Source: Candidatus Methanoperedens sp. BLZ2 (GTDB lineage: Archaea > Halobacteriota > Methanosarcinia > Methanosarcinales > Methanoperedenaceae). From it: a stretch of 32,000 nucleotides of DNA. Every line of letters begins with the position of its first letter. Positions within the stretch are counted from its first letter, which is position 1. Shown here piece after piece: positions 17,501 to 25,886 of this stretch. Under the pieces are notes generated by a model. It did no database searches and was not told the DNA's origin. It saw only the letters and a list, made by a program, of their open reading frames with translations. Position numbers and translations under genes: made by a program. The DNA lies in the NCBI RefSeq assembly GCF_002487355.1, contig NZ_NTMG01000056.1:12188-44187 (forward strand), read 5' to 3'.

Positions 17501-20106
17501 ATTTTTTCCTTCTGCACCTTCTGCAAACCTCGCTCTTGGGTATAAAATAAATAACCATTTTCATAATCAAATCGCCAACCTTCATCCCTTTTTTGCATAG
17601 GCAAATAAAAAATATCATGTTGACTTTTCGGTAATATTGCTCTCCAACTATTTGGAACACTTAGACTGTTTTGACTCAACAGTTCACGATTATATTTGTC
17701 GTTAGCATTTGGAACATCAGTCCCATCTAAAAAGCATCGCTTTCCATTTTTTTCCATCACAGGAATGATACTCAAATTCATTTCACCCTCCCTTGTCAAA
17801 GAAGCTGCATTACCTTCTGTATCTCTAAAGTAAGTATTTTCCTGAGTTAATCCTTTTGAGACATATTTACTGGCAAATTGTTCCATTTGATATTCTTCAA
17901 ACAATTTTGTTAATGATTCAGATTCATCCTTCCATGCATCTTTTTTATAAACGCTTTCTATCCAATCACGATAAGCATCAGGAAATCTTATGCTTTCATG
18001 TTGCTGTAATAATTGTTGTGTTCGCCATAAAGCTCGGATATTTTTATAAATCAGACCATGCAATCCATATGATTCTTTCACTGTTTCTGCTGTGTTCAGG
18101 TTAATATTTTTATGCATCACCACAGTACATAATGGCTTTTTATTCATTTCAGGGCGCTCTTTTTTATGGCGGTGCAATCGTCCCATGCGCTGGAAAAGTA
18201 GATCAACCGGACAAATAAAACTGATCAGCCAATCAAAATCGATATCTAGTGATTGTTCAATCACTTGCGTACCAACCAGGATACGCCCTTGATTGGATCT
18301 GCCTATTCCATATTGCCCTAATACCACTTTTTCCTTATCCATCCGGTCACAATAGCGATAACGAGAATGGAAAATATCAACAGGTATGGAGACAGAAGTC
18401 ATTTCACTGAGACTATGGGCATATCGCTGTGCATCATCAACTAAATTACATACAATCCCAATTTTAGCGCCTTTTTTCGCAGCTTGAACAATCCTTTCAA
18501 GTTGTTCTGTCGTGATGCTACAATCATCATTTTGCCATAATTCGATATTGACGATTTTGTCCTGGCCGATTTCGTGTTCCGCTAAAGTGAATGTCTTAAC
18601 TTCGTCATCCGTTGCCTGCAAGATTAGCGGATATGGTTGTTCTTCAATTCCAGTTTCAACGCCCCATGCCTTGCATAGTGATTGTTTTTGAGCTGCTGGT
18701 AAGGTTGCTGAGAGGAGAATCACACTACCACCGGCTTGTTTTTGTCGTTTAATTACCACCTCCAAAATACCATACATGTAAGCGTCATAAGCGTGGATTT
18801 CATCAATAATCAATACACTTTTGCCAACCCCAAAACTACGCACGAAATAATGTTGCAGGGATTTGATGGCAGAAAGCATAACTTGATCCACTGTAGTCAC
18901 AGCAATTTGCCCTAAAAAAGCACGTTTTCGGCTTGAAGACAACCATTCACTGCATTGTGCTCCGCCTTCATCTTCGCCTTGCACATTAACGGTTCGCTGG
19001 CTTTGTTGAATTAGTTTTTTGAAACGATCATTATAATCTCTTTTACCGTGTGCCAGAATGACATTTTTCCCTCCATTAAAAATCTTGTCGGCAACTTTTT
19101 CTAATCGCTCTAACATGGCATTGGCAGTTGCCTGGGTTGGTAAAGCAAAGGTAATGCTATCCGCTAAACCTTGCGCTAATAATTTGGAAGCATAAGCTAA
19201 TGCCGCTTCGGTTTTTCCACTGCCGGTATTGGCTTCAATAATTATCATGCTCTGTTGTACTGCTAAGTCATCAATCAACACCTGTGTATTTATTGGGATA
19301 AGATTTGGATAAAGGTCTCTCATTCCTCCTTTATTTTTGACCTCAGTTAGTAAACCAAAATCATGTAGAACCTGAAGTGCCTTATTTTCTTTGCTGATGA
19401 AATTGAAATATTCTTTCAACGGCTGTATTGTATTTTTAGGTTGAAAACAATGCGTGTTGGAACCTAACCAATCACATATACTGCAAAAACCGGCGAGTAG
19501 AATTGGTGGTTCTTTTGTGGGGATATCTTCAAAATTCAAACCCGCCGGCTGTAAAAAGAGTCGATATAAATCTTGTACCCATTCTTTACGAGCGTCAATA
19601 TCTTGTTTTTTGATGGATGGTGGAACAAAGGCTGGAGGATTGTCTTCGGCATTTGTTGGTATTTCTCCATGATGTCCGGCAGTGGAGGCAAACCAATTTT
19701 GTAACCATCGCTTAGGTTTGTCTTCGACACCTTCAAAATACGATGCACTTTCCTGTACTAACCAAGTATAGCCCTGTTCACCGTGATAATAGTTTTTACT
19801 CTGTGAATTTTTAGGTAATTCGCCCCCATAATTCCATTTCGCTAATTCGGGTACTTTCATCTGAAAACGAATGTCTAATTTTCCAAAATCATGCAACGCA
19901 ATAAAAAACATCACCCATGCATGGATTTGTTTTTCCTCTATTCCTGTTTCTTGAGTGAAACTGCGGCGAATACTTGAACTGTGTGCCCACCATTGATTAG
20001 CCACAGCTGCCACATCCAAACAATGATATGGGAATAAATGATGAGCTGTTTCAACAGGCTCTTCTGCTTTGCCCCAGTATTGGTAATATACCTGTATTTT
20101 ATTCAT
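17497..20106 (-). CDS. cas3: Cas3 HD-nuclease/SF2 helicase (I-E type)
   Basis: 869 aa. The HD domain shows HLFPYHCLDVAAV and ALHDFGKLDIRFQ. Helicase motif I is ANTGSGKTEAAL, motif II is LIIDEIHAYD, and later motifs (LLSATLP, VGTQVIEQSLDIDFD, QRMGRLHR) are present. Confidence 0.95.
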   Translation of the reverse strand: MNKIQVYYQYWGKAEEPVETAHHLFPYHCLDVAAVANQWWAHSSSIRRSFTQETGIEEKQIHAWVMFFIALHDFGKLDIRFQMKVPELAKWNYGGELPKNSQSKNYYHGEQGYTWLVQESASYFEGVEDKPKRWLQNWFASTAGHHGEIPTNAEDNPPAFVPPSIKKQDIDARKEWVQDLYRLFLQPAGLNFEDIPTKEPPILLAGFCSICDWLGSNTHCFQPKNTIQPLKEYFNFISKENKALQVLHDFGLLTEVKNKGGMRDLYPNLIPINTQVLIDDLAVQQSMIIIEANTGSGKTEAALAYASKLLAQGLADSITFALPTQATANAMLERLEKVADKIFNGGKNVILAHGKRDYNDRFKKLIQQSQRTVNVQGEDEGGAQCSEWLSSSRKRAFLGQIAVTTVDQVMLSAIKSLQHYFVRSFGVGKSVLIIDEIHAYDAYMYGILEVVIKRQKQAGGSVILLSATLPAAQKQSLCKAWGVETGIEEQPYPLILQATDDEVKTFTLAEHEIGQDKIVNIELWQNDDCSITTEQLERIVQAAKKGAKIGIVCNLVDDAQRYAHSLSEMTSVSIPVDIFHSRYRYCDRMDKEKVVLGQYGIGRSNQGRILVGTQVIEQSLDIDFDWLISFICPVDLLFQRMGRLHRHKKERPEMNKKPLCTVVMHKNINLNTAETVKESYGLHGLIYKNIRALWRTQQLLQQHESIRFPDAYRDWIESVYKKDAWKDESESLTKLFEEYQMEQFASKYVSKGLTQENTYFRDTEGNAASLTREGEMNLSIIPVMEKNGKRCFLDGTDVPNANDKYNRELLSQNSLSVPNSWRAILPKSQHDIFYLPMQKRDEGWRFDYENGYLFYTQERGLQKVQKEKI

Positions 20107-20237
20107 AATTGAATCACATTGTATATAGTAAACGTATACTGATATTTATTGAATATATACTTTTCCATATGTTTCCAATAACAATACAAAAATACCTACA
20201 CAAATAATATATAATACTAACACTATAATACTCATCA
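20107..20237. promoter_or_regulatory. divergent cas3 / csa3-like intergenic control region
   Basis: 131 bp of AT-rich DNA with several TATA-like elements (tatatag, tgaatatata, atatataata). It lies between the start codons of cas3 (minus strand) and the CARF-wHTH gene (plus strand). No transcription start can be assigned from sequence alone. Confidence 0.4.
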
Positions 20238-20837
20238 ATGACAAATCTTACACTCATCTCTACAATATATTCACTCGAACCAGTCATTGTATGTGTCACT
20301 CGTCTTTCCCCATCAAAACTCATCCTTCTCACAGAAGAAGGAACAGATGAAAAAAAACTCCGCTCTGAACAGACCCTGGAAGACACGTTTGGTAAGGTGA
20401 TCACGATTGTGAAAAAGAACACATCCCTTTACGACCCGGTCAAAGTTGCTCAGGATGTGGCAACCATCATAGAAGAAGAGCACGCCCGTGGTAACCACAT
20501 TATGATAAATGTTTCAGGCGGCAGAAAACCCCAGGCTTTCGGGGCGCTCTTTGGCGCATACACACGAAGCGATATGGTAAAACGCATAGTCTATGTTACT
20601 GAAGAAGACAATTTCATTATCGACTTCCCAATACTTGGCTTCAACATATCTGACACAAAAAAGGCAATACTGGAACAAATCAAATCAGGAGTGAGCTCCA
20701 TTCAGGAAATAGCTATAAAAGTGGGCATCTCCAAAGGCATGGCATACAACCACCTGCGAGAACTCAAGGCAATGGGATACATAACAGGCGACGATGGATA
20801 CATAATTACAGATGCAGGCAAAATTGCAGTAATATAG
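20238..20837 (+). CDS. csa3: Csa3-like CRISPR-associated regulator (CARF-type Rossmann N-domain + C-terminal winged HTH; cas_HTH family)
   Basis: 199 aa. The N-domain reads LISTIYSLEPVIVCVTRLSPSKLILL...NVSGGRKPQAFGALF, i.e. a beta-alpha Rossmann-like fold with a Gly-rich ligand loop. The C-terminus reads KKAILEQIKSGVSSIQEIAIKVGISKGMAYNHLRELKAMGYITGDDGYIITDAGK, a MarR-like wHTH. It lies directly next to cas3. Confidence 0.7.
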   Translation: MTNLTLISTIYSLEPVIVCVTRLSPSKLILLTEEGTDEKKLRSEQTLEDTFGKVITIVKKNTSLYDPVKVAQDVATIIEEEHARGNHIMINVSGGRKPQAFGALFGAYTRSDMVKRIVYVTEEDNFIIDFPILGFNISDTKKAILEQIKSGVSSIQEIAIKVGISKGMAYNHLRELKAMGYITGDDGYIITDAGKIAVI

Positions 20838-21000
20838 AGAGTTCTACCATTCGCAAATTCAGCAAAATATCTGGTATTAGAAACAAGTTCATTTGCATTT
20901 TGTGATGCGACTTTCATGTCGCAACGTGTCATACGTGTCCGATTCAAACAATACTGATAAATAGAATAATAATAACGATTTAAATTAATTGTAGGGAAAG

Positions 21001-21222
21001 TATGACAAATTCTTTAACCTGCTTGCTCATTATGGAATTCCCCTGTACCGGGTGCATGCATGGGACATGCAACACCGCTAACTAAAAAAGGCTATCGAAG
21101 AGATAAAACCGAAAAAGGTCTTCCCGATACATACGAATCAGCCTGAGCTTTTTAAAAGGTTTATGTCAGATATTGGAGTTGAAATAGAGTTGCCAAAAGA
21201 AGGGATGATTTATACAATATAA
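21001..21222 (+). pseudogene. 3'-terminal fragment of an MBL-fold (beta-CASP/RNase J-like) hydrolase gene, frameshifted
   Basis: Frame A gives YDKFFNLLAHYGIPLYRVHA.., then a stop, then LKKAIEEIKPKKVFPIHTNQPELFKRFMSDIGVEIELPKEGMIYTI*. The missing GHATPL segment is readable in another frame (MGHATPLTKK). The pattern ..vHaSGHa....L...I..i.Pk.v.PiHte.pe.f is the remembered C-terminal end of MBL/beta-CASP proteins. No upstream coding part is present. Confidence 0.45.
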
Positions 21223-21251
21223 TTATATTTATAATTACAAATAGTATAAAT

Positions 21252-21446
21252 ATGAATGGAAGAAAATTTAATATAGCAAAATTTGAAATTACTGAAAAAC
21301 AACAGGAATTGATTAATCAGTGGTTTGAAAAACTCACACCAAAAATACTGGAGATGCAAAAAGAAATATTTGGAGAAGAATTCAACCGAATGACCAAAAA
21401 TGGAGAATATCCATATTATGTAGATAAATTACAGACTAGAATATAA
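21252..21446 (+). CDS. small hypothetical protein (64 aa)
   Basis: ORF only, with no recognised motifs. It sits in the decayed patch and may itself be a fragment. Confidence 0.25.
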   Translation: MNGRKFNIAKFEITEKQQELINQWFEKLTPKILEMQKEIFGEEFNRMTKNGEYPYYVDKLQTRI

Positions 21447-21474
21447 ATTTACTCCAACAGGATTGGGCGATATT

Positions 21475-21673
21475 TTATCCAATTAACAAGGACTTTTTGG
21501 CATGAGGAAGAAATAGCAGCGGCTCTTCCTTATGAGCCACCGAGCGACCTTCTGGCACATACATCCCATAATGATAAGCTATCGCCTGCGCCTCCTCATC
21601 TGAAAGCGGGATATACCGCGAAACAAGATACAGGCTGCGCAACGACAAACCCATGGCAATGATCTAAGGTTCA
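21475..21673 (-). pseudogene. displaced 3' fragment of the HD-domain gene (copy A of a 144-bp direct repeat)
   Basis: Minus-strand reading gives ..EP*IIAMGLSLRSLYLVSRYIPLSDEEAQAIAYHYGMYVPEGRSVAHKEEPLLFLPHAKKSLLIG*. This parallels residues NPEIVAMGLSLRSLYLVSQYIPLSDEEAQAIAYHDGMYVPEGRSVAHKEEPLL of the HD ORF at 22939..23463. An in-frame TAG lies at 21666..21664 where copy B has GAG. Nucleotides 21522..21665 align without gaps to 23001..23144, with 13 mismatches by my hand alignment. Confidence 0.7.
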
Positions 21674-21805
21674 TATCCGCTACAGTTCATAGACAAAAGA
21701 CAAATTTAATGAATCCAGGGCTTCTATATAGCAAGGAGACAATAAAATAGCTACAACCTGAGTTATTCACTATGATCGAAGATCTCTCCATGAAAAAAAT
21801 CCGGT

Positions 21806-22921
21806 TTGAACAGATATTGCAGGAAGGAGAGGGCAAATTCCCAGAAAATGCGCCGTGATGAGATATTCTATTATGCGCAAAAAACCGGCAAGATACGATT
21901 CGAGGGCCAGTTGAGGACAGATTTCAAGTATCCACAGGATTTTGATGAACTAAAGTTCAATAACATAATAAAAAGGATCGGTATCACACAAACAGGGGAA
22001 AAAGAAGATATAATTCATAATCTCGGTATGGGGCAGGTAAACGGAAAATTCGTAATAAATAATGGAGGGATCCTATTTTTCGGGAAGAACCGAGAGCTAT
22101 ACCTGCGCCAGGCTTATATTACCTGCGTACTTTACAAAGGAAAGGATAAGGTCAAAATCCTTGACCGCAAGGATTTTCGTGATGATCCTGTCACTGATTA
22201 TGAAAATACAATAAAATTCTTACAACAGCATTTACGCCTTGAATATGAAATCAAAGACGCTGGACCGCGTATCGAGATCCCTGAGATTCCCTACGAAGCA
22301 TTAAGAGAAGGGGTTCTGAATGCCATAATTCATCGTGATTATCTCGAAGAAGGGGCAAGGGTAATGGTGGAAATATTTGATGACAGGGTAGAGATCAGTA
22401 ATCCCGGAGAACTGTTATTTGGTAAGGAAGAACTGGGACGAAAAAGTGTAGCCCGCAATCCCGTGATTTTTGATATGTTCTTTCGGTTGGATCTGATCGA
22501 AAAAGTGGGTTCAGGCATAAATCGGATCAAGAATGCCGTTGCTCAAAAAGGATTAAAGATAGAGTTCCAGATCGACAAATTCTTTACAGTCATTTTTCAT
22601 AGACCCTCGGACAGCTTGGGCTCAACATTTGTACGAATAAAAGCCCAGGCGCAAGCCCAAGAGGCCCAGGTTGAAATAATAGATAAGTTATCAGAGAGCG
22701 AAATAAAGATACTTGAGATATGTATGAATCCTGCATCATCAAAAGATATCCTATTGAAACTTGGCATAAAAAGATCTGGCTCTTTCAAAAATTCATTGAC
22801 AAAATTATTAAAGATGGAGCTTTTAAATCAAACAATTCCAGATAGTCCCTCAAGCCCAAAACAAAAATATGTTACAACCGAATTGGCAAAAAACATTGTT
22901 AATTTGGATAGGAAACAATAG
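21806..22921 (+). CDS. HATPase_c_4 + C-terminal wHTH protein of the AlbA_2/'RecG-like' putative regulator family, apparently missing its AlbA_2 N-domain
   Basis: EALREGVLNAIIHRDYLEEGARVMVEIFDDRVEISNPGEL...RNPVIFDMFFRLDLIEKVGSGINRI is the HATPase_c_4 signature. The tail ...IPDSPSSPKQKYVTTELAK is the typical family C-terminus. The track start is a TTG. A separate short frame at 21772 (MIEDLSMKKIRFEQILQEGEGKF...stop) looks like the family N-terminus (..GE..LEFK) cut off by a deletion or frameshift. Confidence 0.6.
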   Translation: MNRYCRKERANSQKMRRDEIFYYAQKTGKIRFEGQLRTDFKYPQDFDELKFNNIIKRIGITQTGEKEDIIHNLGMGQVNGKFVINNGGILFFGKNRELYLRQAYITCVLYKGKDKVKILDRKDFRDDPVTDYENTIKFLQQHLRLEYEIKDAGPRIEIPEIPYEALREGVLNAIIHRDYLEEGARVMVEIFDDRVEISNPGELLFGKEELGRKSVARNPVIFDMFFRLDLIEKVGSGINRIKNAVAQKGLKIEFQIDKFFTVIFHRPSDSLGSTFVRIKAQAQAQEAQVEIIDKLSESEIKILEICMNPASSKDILLKLGIKRSGSFKNSLTKLLKMELLNQTIPDSPSSPKQKYVTTELAKNIVNLDRKQ

Positions 22922-22938
22922 CAATTTCTGTAAATAAG

Positions 22939-23463
22939 TCATTTCCTCTCCCTCACACTCGCCGTCCACATATCAGCCCAGTGCAGCAACAGCAGCAGTG
23001 GCTCTTCTTTATGCGCCACCGAGCGACCTTCTGGCACATACATTCCATCATGGTAAGCGATCGCCTGTGCCTCCTCATCTGAGAGCGGGATATACTGCGA
23101 AACAAGATACAGGCTGCGAAGCGATAAACCCATGGCAACGATCTCAGGGTTTATGGTGTAAGCGCCTGTTGGCTCGCCGTCTTTGATTTCCGGTAAATAA
23201 TATGGCTTTCCTGGCATTCCTATCTTCCCGATATCGTGGAATAGACCAACGATCACACAGCTCTCTTCGCTTATTTCTGGCGCGAGTACGGTACGCATTT
23301 GCAGCAGGGTTTCGGCTACTCCAATGCTGTGTTCGAACAGTCCGCCTTCTCTGTTTAAGTGGTATTTTGTACTTGCAGGGCTGGTGAGCCATGTCGTTTG
23401 TGTGTGGAGGACTTCGATGAACTTGTCTGCATTGGTTTTCCTGTCTGTTATTTTCCCATACCC
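22939..23463 (-). CDS. HD-domain phosphohydrolase-like ORF without a canonical start codon (possibly 5'-damaged)
   Basis: The track gives 22939..23298. By hand translation the frame is open up to 23463: GYGKITDRKTNADKFIEVLHTQTTWLTSPASTKYHLNREGGLFEHSIGVAETLLQMRTVL...GLFHDIGKIG...AYHDGMY. The H...HD...D motifs therefore begin upstream of the annotated Met. There is no ATG, GTG or TTG in that 55-codon extension. The codon preceding it (23466..23464) is the TGA stop of the ABC permease gene. Confidence 0.55.
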   Translation of the reverse strand, partial: GYGKITDRKTNADKFIEVLHTQTTWLTSPASTKYHLNREGGLFEHSIGVAETLLQMRTVLAPEISEESCVIVGLFHDIGKIGMPGKPYYLPEIKDGEPTGAYTINPEIVAMGLSLRSLYLVSQYIPLSDEEAQAIAYHDGMYVPEGRSVAHKEEPLLLLLHWADMWTASVRERK

Positions 23464-24675
23464 TCACTCAGCCCTCAGCGCCTCCACAGGGTCAAGCCTT
23501 GCTGCTTTATTTGCAGGATAAACTCCAGCGATCACTGTAGTAGCAATTGCAAAGATCAGCCCTGCCGCAAGCGAAGTCCAGCTGACCATTATCGGAAAAC
23601 CACCCATTGTTGATATTAGAAAAGACAATCCTGCCCCGATAGTTATACCGATCAGGCCGCTCACTGCTCCAAGAAGCCCGGACTCAAGAAGGAAAAGCAC
23701 ACGGATATTGTCACGGGTCGCGCCAACGGCTTTCATGACACCTATCTCTTTTATGCGCTCGGTAACTGTAAGCATCATCACGTTCACGATCCCGATCCCT
23801 CCTACTGCAAGCGAAACTGCCCCTATCCCTCCGAGACCGTATTTTAGTATTTTGAAGAATTCTGTAAAAGACTCAAGAAGAGACTTCATGATATTAACAG
23901 TATAGCCTTCGTCTTTATGCAGCTTCCTCAGGCTGTCGTCTATTTTTTTGGCTGTAATTTCTATGGTATTCTGGTCTTCGGCCTCCACAAGTATCATGGA
24001 ATACGAATATTTATTCAAATTAAGCAATTCCTTCATTGCCTCGTGACTGGTATACATCTCCATGTTCCTGTTGCCTGTAAATGGGGATGTCTGGTCTGTT
24101 TCCTTAAAAATTCCCACTATCGTAAATTCCTTACTGATATTGTTCTCCTTGTTGACAAGGGTCAAACGCATCCCGGGATTTAAAGGGAATTTGAACATCT
24201 TGCTGGCAATATCACTCCCTATGACTATGGCGCTTTTATCGGATTCAAGAAGAAATCGTCCCATATCTATGGATTCTGCCAGATCCTGCTCTTTGGATGG
24301 AGAGATGGCGTTCAATGAGAACGAACGCTCTTCATCCCTGAATTTTATAGATACCCCACCTCCACGCCTTGGTAATACGGTTTTTACGCCTATTGTATTT
24401 TCAAGGGCATGAATGTCCTTATCATCAAATTCGGCAGGTTTTTGATATACGAGTTTACCTGCTTCAAATCCTGCCCCACCAGGGAATATTGTTATGATAT
24501 CCAGATCAAGACCGCTAAACACCTGCCCCACACCAGCCTGGATTCCTTCACCAACCGAAAGCATGACAACAATTGCAATGACACCTATTATGATGCCAAG
24601 GCATGACATTATCGTCTTGAATTTATTGCTGCTAAAGCTGAGGAAAACCTGGTCAAGGGCATCTATCAGCTTCAT
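23464..24675 (-). CDS. ABC transporter permease, MacB/FtsX type (large extracytoplasmic domain + FtsX TM bundle)
   Basis: 403 aa. The N-terminal TM is KFKTIMSCLGIIIGVIAIVVMLSVGEG, followed by a roughly 220-aa soluble domain. The C-terminal FtsX-like region contains ERIKEIGVMKAVGATRDNI and ...YPANKAARLDPVEALRAE. Confidence 0.85.
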   Translation of the reverse strand: MKLIDALDQVFLSFSSNKFKTIMSCLGIIIGVIAIVVMLSVGEGIQAGVGQVFSGLDLDIITIFPGGAGFEAGKLVYQKPAEFDDKDIHALENTIGVKTVLPRRGGGVSIKFRDEERSFSLNAISPSKEQDLAESIDMGRFLLESDKSAIVIGSDIASKMFKFPLNPGMRLTLVNKENNISKEFTIVGIFKETDQTSPFTGNRNMEMYTSHEAMKELLNLNKYSYSMILVEAEDQNTIEITAKKIDDSLRKLHKDEGYTVNIMKSLLESFTEFFKILKYGLGGIGAVSLAVGGIGIVNVMMLTVTERIKEIGVMKAVGATRDNIRVLFLLESGLLGAVSGLIGITIGAGLSFLISTMGGFPIMVSWTSLAAGLIFAIATTVIAGVYPANKAARLDPVEALRAE

Positions 24676-25886
24676 GCGGATTTGGCTCTCCTTCGTTTCA
24701 TAATTATAAAGAATCCGGAAATAATAATAGCCAGAACCCCAATAATTATGATTACGGGAAGCAAGGGCGATTTTTCGGTATTTACTATTGGAAATGCGCC
24801 TGAACTGTTAAGATTCACGGTCAATACATCTGATTCATGCCAGTTGTTCCCGTTCTTGAACCTGAGCTTGAAACCCATATTATCCTGCGTATTTGCTTTC
24901 ATATCGAACTTGACAGTAAAAAGTTCATCTGGTTCCATCGTACCTATAAAATATTCCGCAGGTTCAAATGTCGCATTGCCTACGGGAATAACAGTTGCAG
25001 CAGTTACTGAATTGGGCCTGTTATTTGCCGCACTCAGGATTATCCCTCCCGGATTCAATTTCGGTGTCTCGGAAAGCGTGCTCTGGATAGAAGAAGAATC
25101 CACTTTTATCGGTATTTTCAGGTTAAGGCTGTACAGCCTTGCAGCTCCCTTTAAATTGAAATCAAGGAAATATGTGCCATCTGGCGTATTGTTCCTGGCC
25201 GTTATAGAGAAAGGGAAATCTATCGAATCTCCGGGTCCAATGATACCTGCATTGTAATATGGTTCACCTGTCACTTCTATGAATTCATTTCCGACAAGCT
25301 GCGCCGATTGGATATAGGCGTTCATGCTGTAATCCTTATTGTCCATTTTAATTGAATATTGGGTTGCGCTGTTCTTCAGGGTCAGTGTTACGGTTGCGCT
25401 ATCACCTGACATCAGGACTTCAGGGTATGATGAGGTTTTTTCAAGCCTCACAGTCCCTCTTGCATCCACTACATCGCTTCCGACTTCGATATCAAATTCC
25501 CTTTTCGTGAACCCGTTATCCAGGATCCTGTACCCGATCTCAAGAGTGTTCGTGCCTACAAAAGCGTTCTTATCAACATGCAACGTATATTTATACATGA
25601 AATCATCATTTTTCCGGATAGTCCCGGGGGTTCTTATGGCGCTTTCGCCTGGTTTTATTGAGAACGGGTACTTTGGCAGGAACTCAATAGTTGCCCCGCT
25701 CACATCGTTCTCACCAACGTTCTTGACCTGGACCCATATGCTGAAATCCGTGTCAGGATTAACCGGATAAGGGTCGTATTTTATGAGGCTGATCTTGAGT
25801 GAGTCTTCACCGATATTGGCTTCGCCAATCCCTGTAGAAAATATTATAATTGATATTGCTAGAAATATTTTAACCTTGTCGTACAT
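24672..25886 (-). CDS. COG1361-type S-layer-like/CARDB beta-sandwich surface protein with C-terminal TM anchor
   Basis: 404 aa with a signal-like N-terminus. LKISLIKYDPYPVNPDTDFSIWVQVKNVGENDVSGATIEFLPKYPFSI is the classic COG1361 opening. The C-terminal TM is PLLPVIIIIGVLAIIISGFFII, followed by MKRRRAKSA. Confidence 0.7.
   Translation of the reverse strand: MYDKVKIFLAISIIIFSTGIGEANIGEDSLKISLIKYDPYPVNPDTDFSIWVQVKNVGENDVSGATIEFLPKYPFSIKPGESAIRTPGTIRKNDDFMYKYTLHVDKNAFVGTNTLEIGYRILDNGFTKREFDIEVGSDVVDARGTVRLEKTSSYPEVLMSGDSATVTLTLKNSATQYSIKMDNKDYSMNAYIQSAQLVGNEFIEVTGEPYYNAGIIGPGDSIDFPFSITARNNTPDGTYFLDFNLKGAARLYSLNLKIPIKVDSSSIQSTLSETPKLNPGGIILSAANNRPNSVTAATVIPVGNATFEPAEYFIGTMEPDELFTVKFDMKANTQDNMGFKLRFKNGNNWHESDVLTVNLNSSGAFPIVNTEKSPLLPVIIIIGVLAIIISGFFIIMKRRRAKSA

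Noticed and set aside
20114-20947. Minus-strand ORFs 20114..20422, 20313..20498 and 20702..20947.
   Set aside because: They overlap the csa3-like gene or the promoter region antisense, and have odd composition and no motifs. They are shadow ORFs.
23464-23466. TGA recoding (selenocysteine) that would fuse the FtsX permease to the HD domain.
   Set aside because: I could see no SECIS-like hairpin context, and a permease-HD fusion across this codon has no precedent that I know of. 5' truncation of the HD gene is the simpler explanation.
23144-23467. 107-aa arginine-rich minus-strand ORF, plus several 60-85-aa ORFs on both strands in 22953..23613.
   Set aside because: They are alternative frames of the HD-domain and permease coding sequence. 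The HD frame carries the recognisable motifs.
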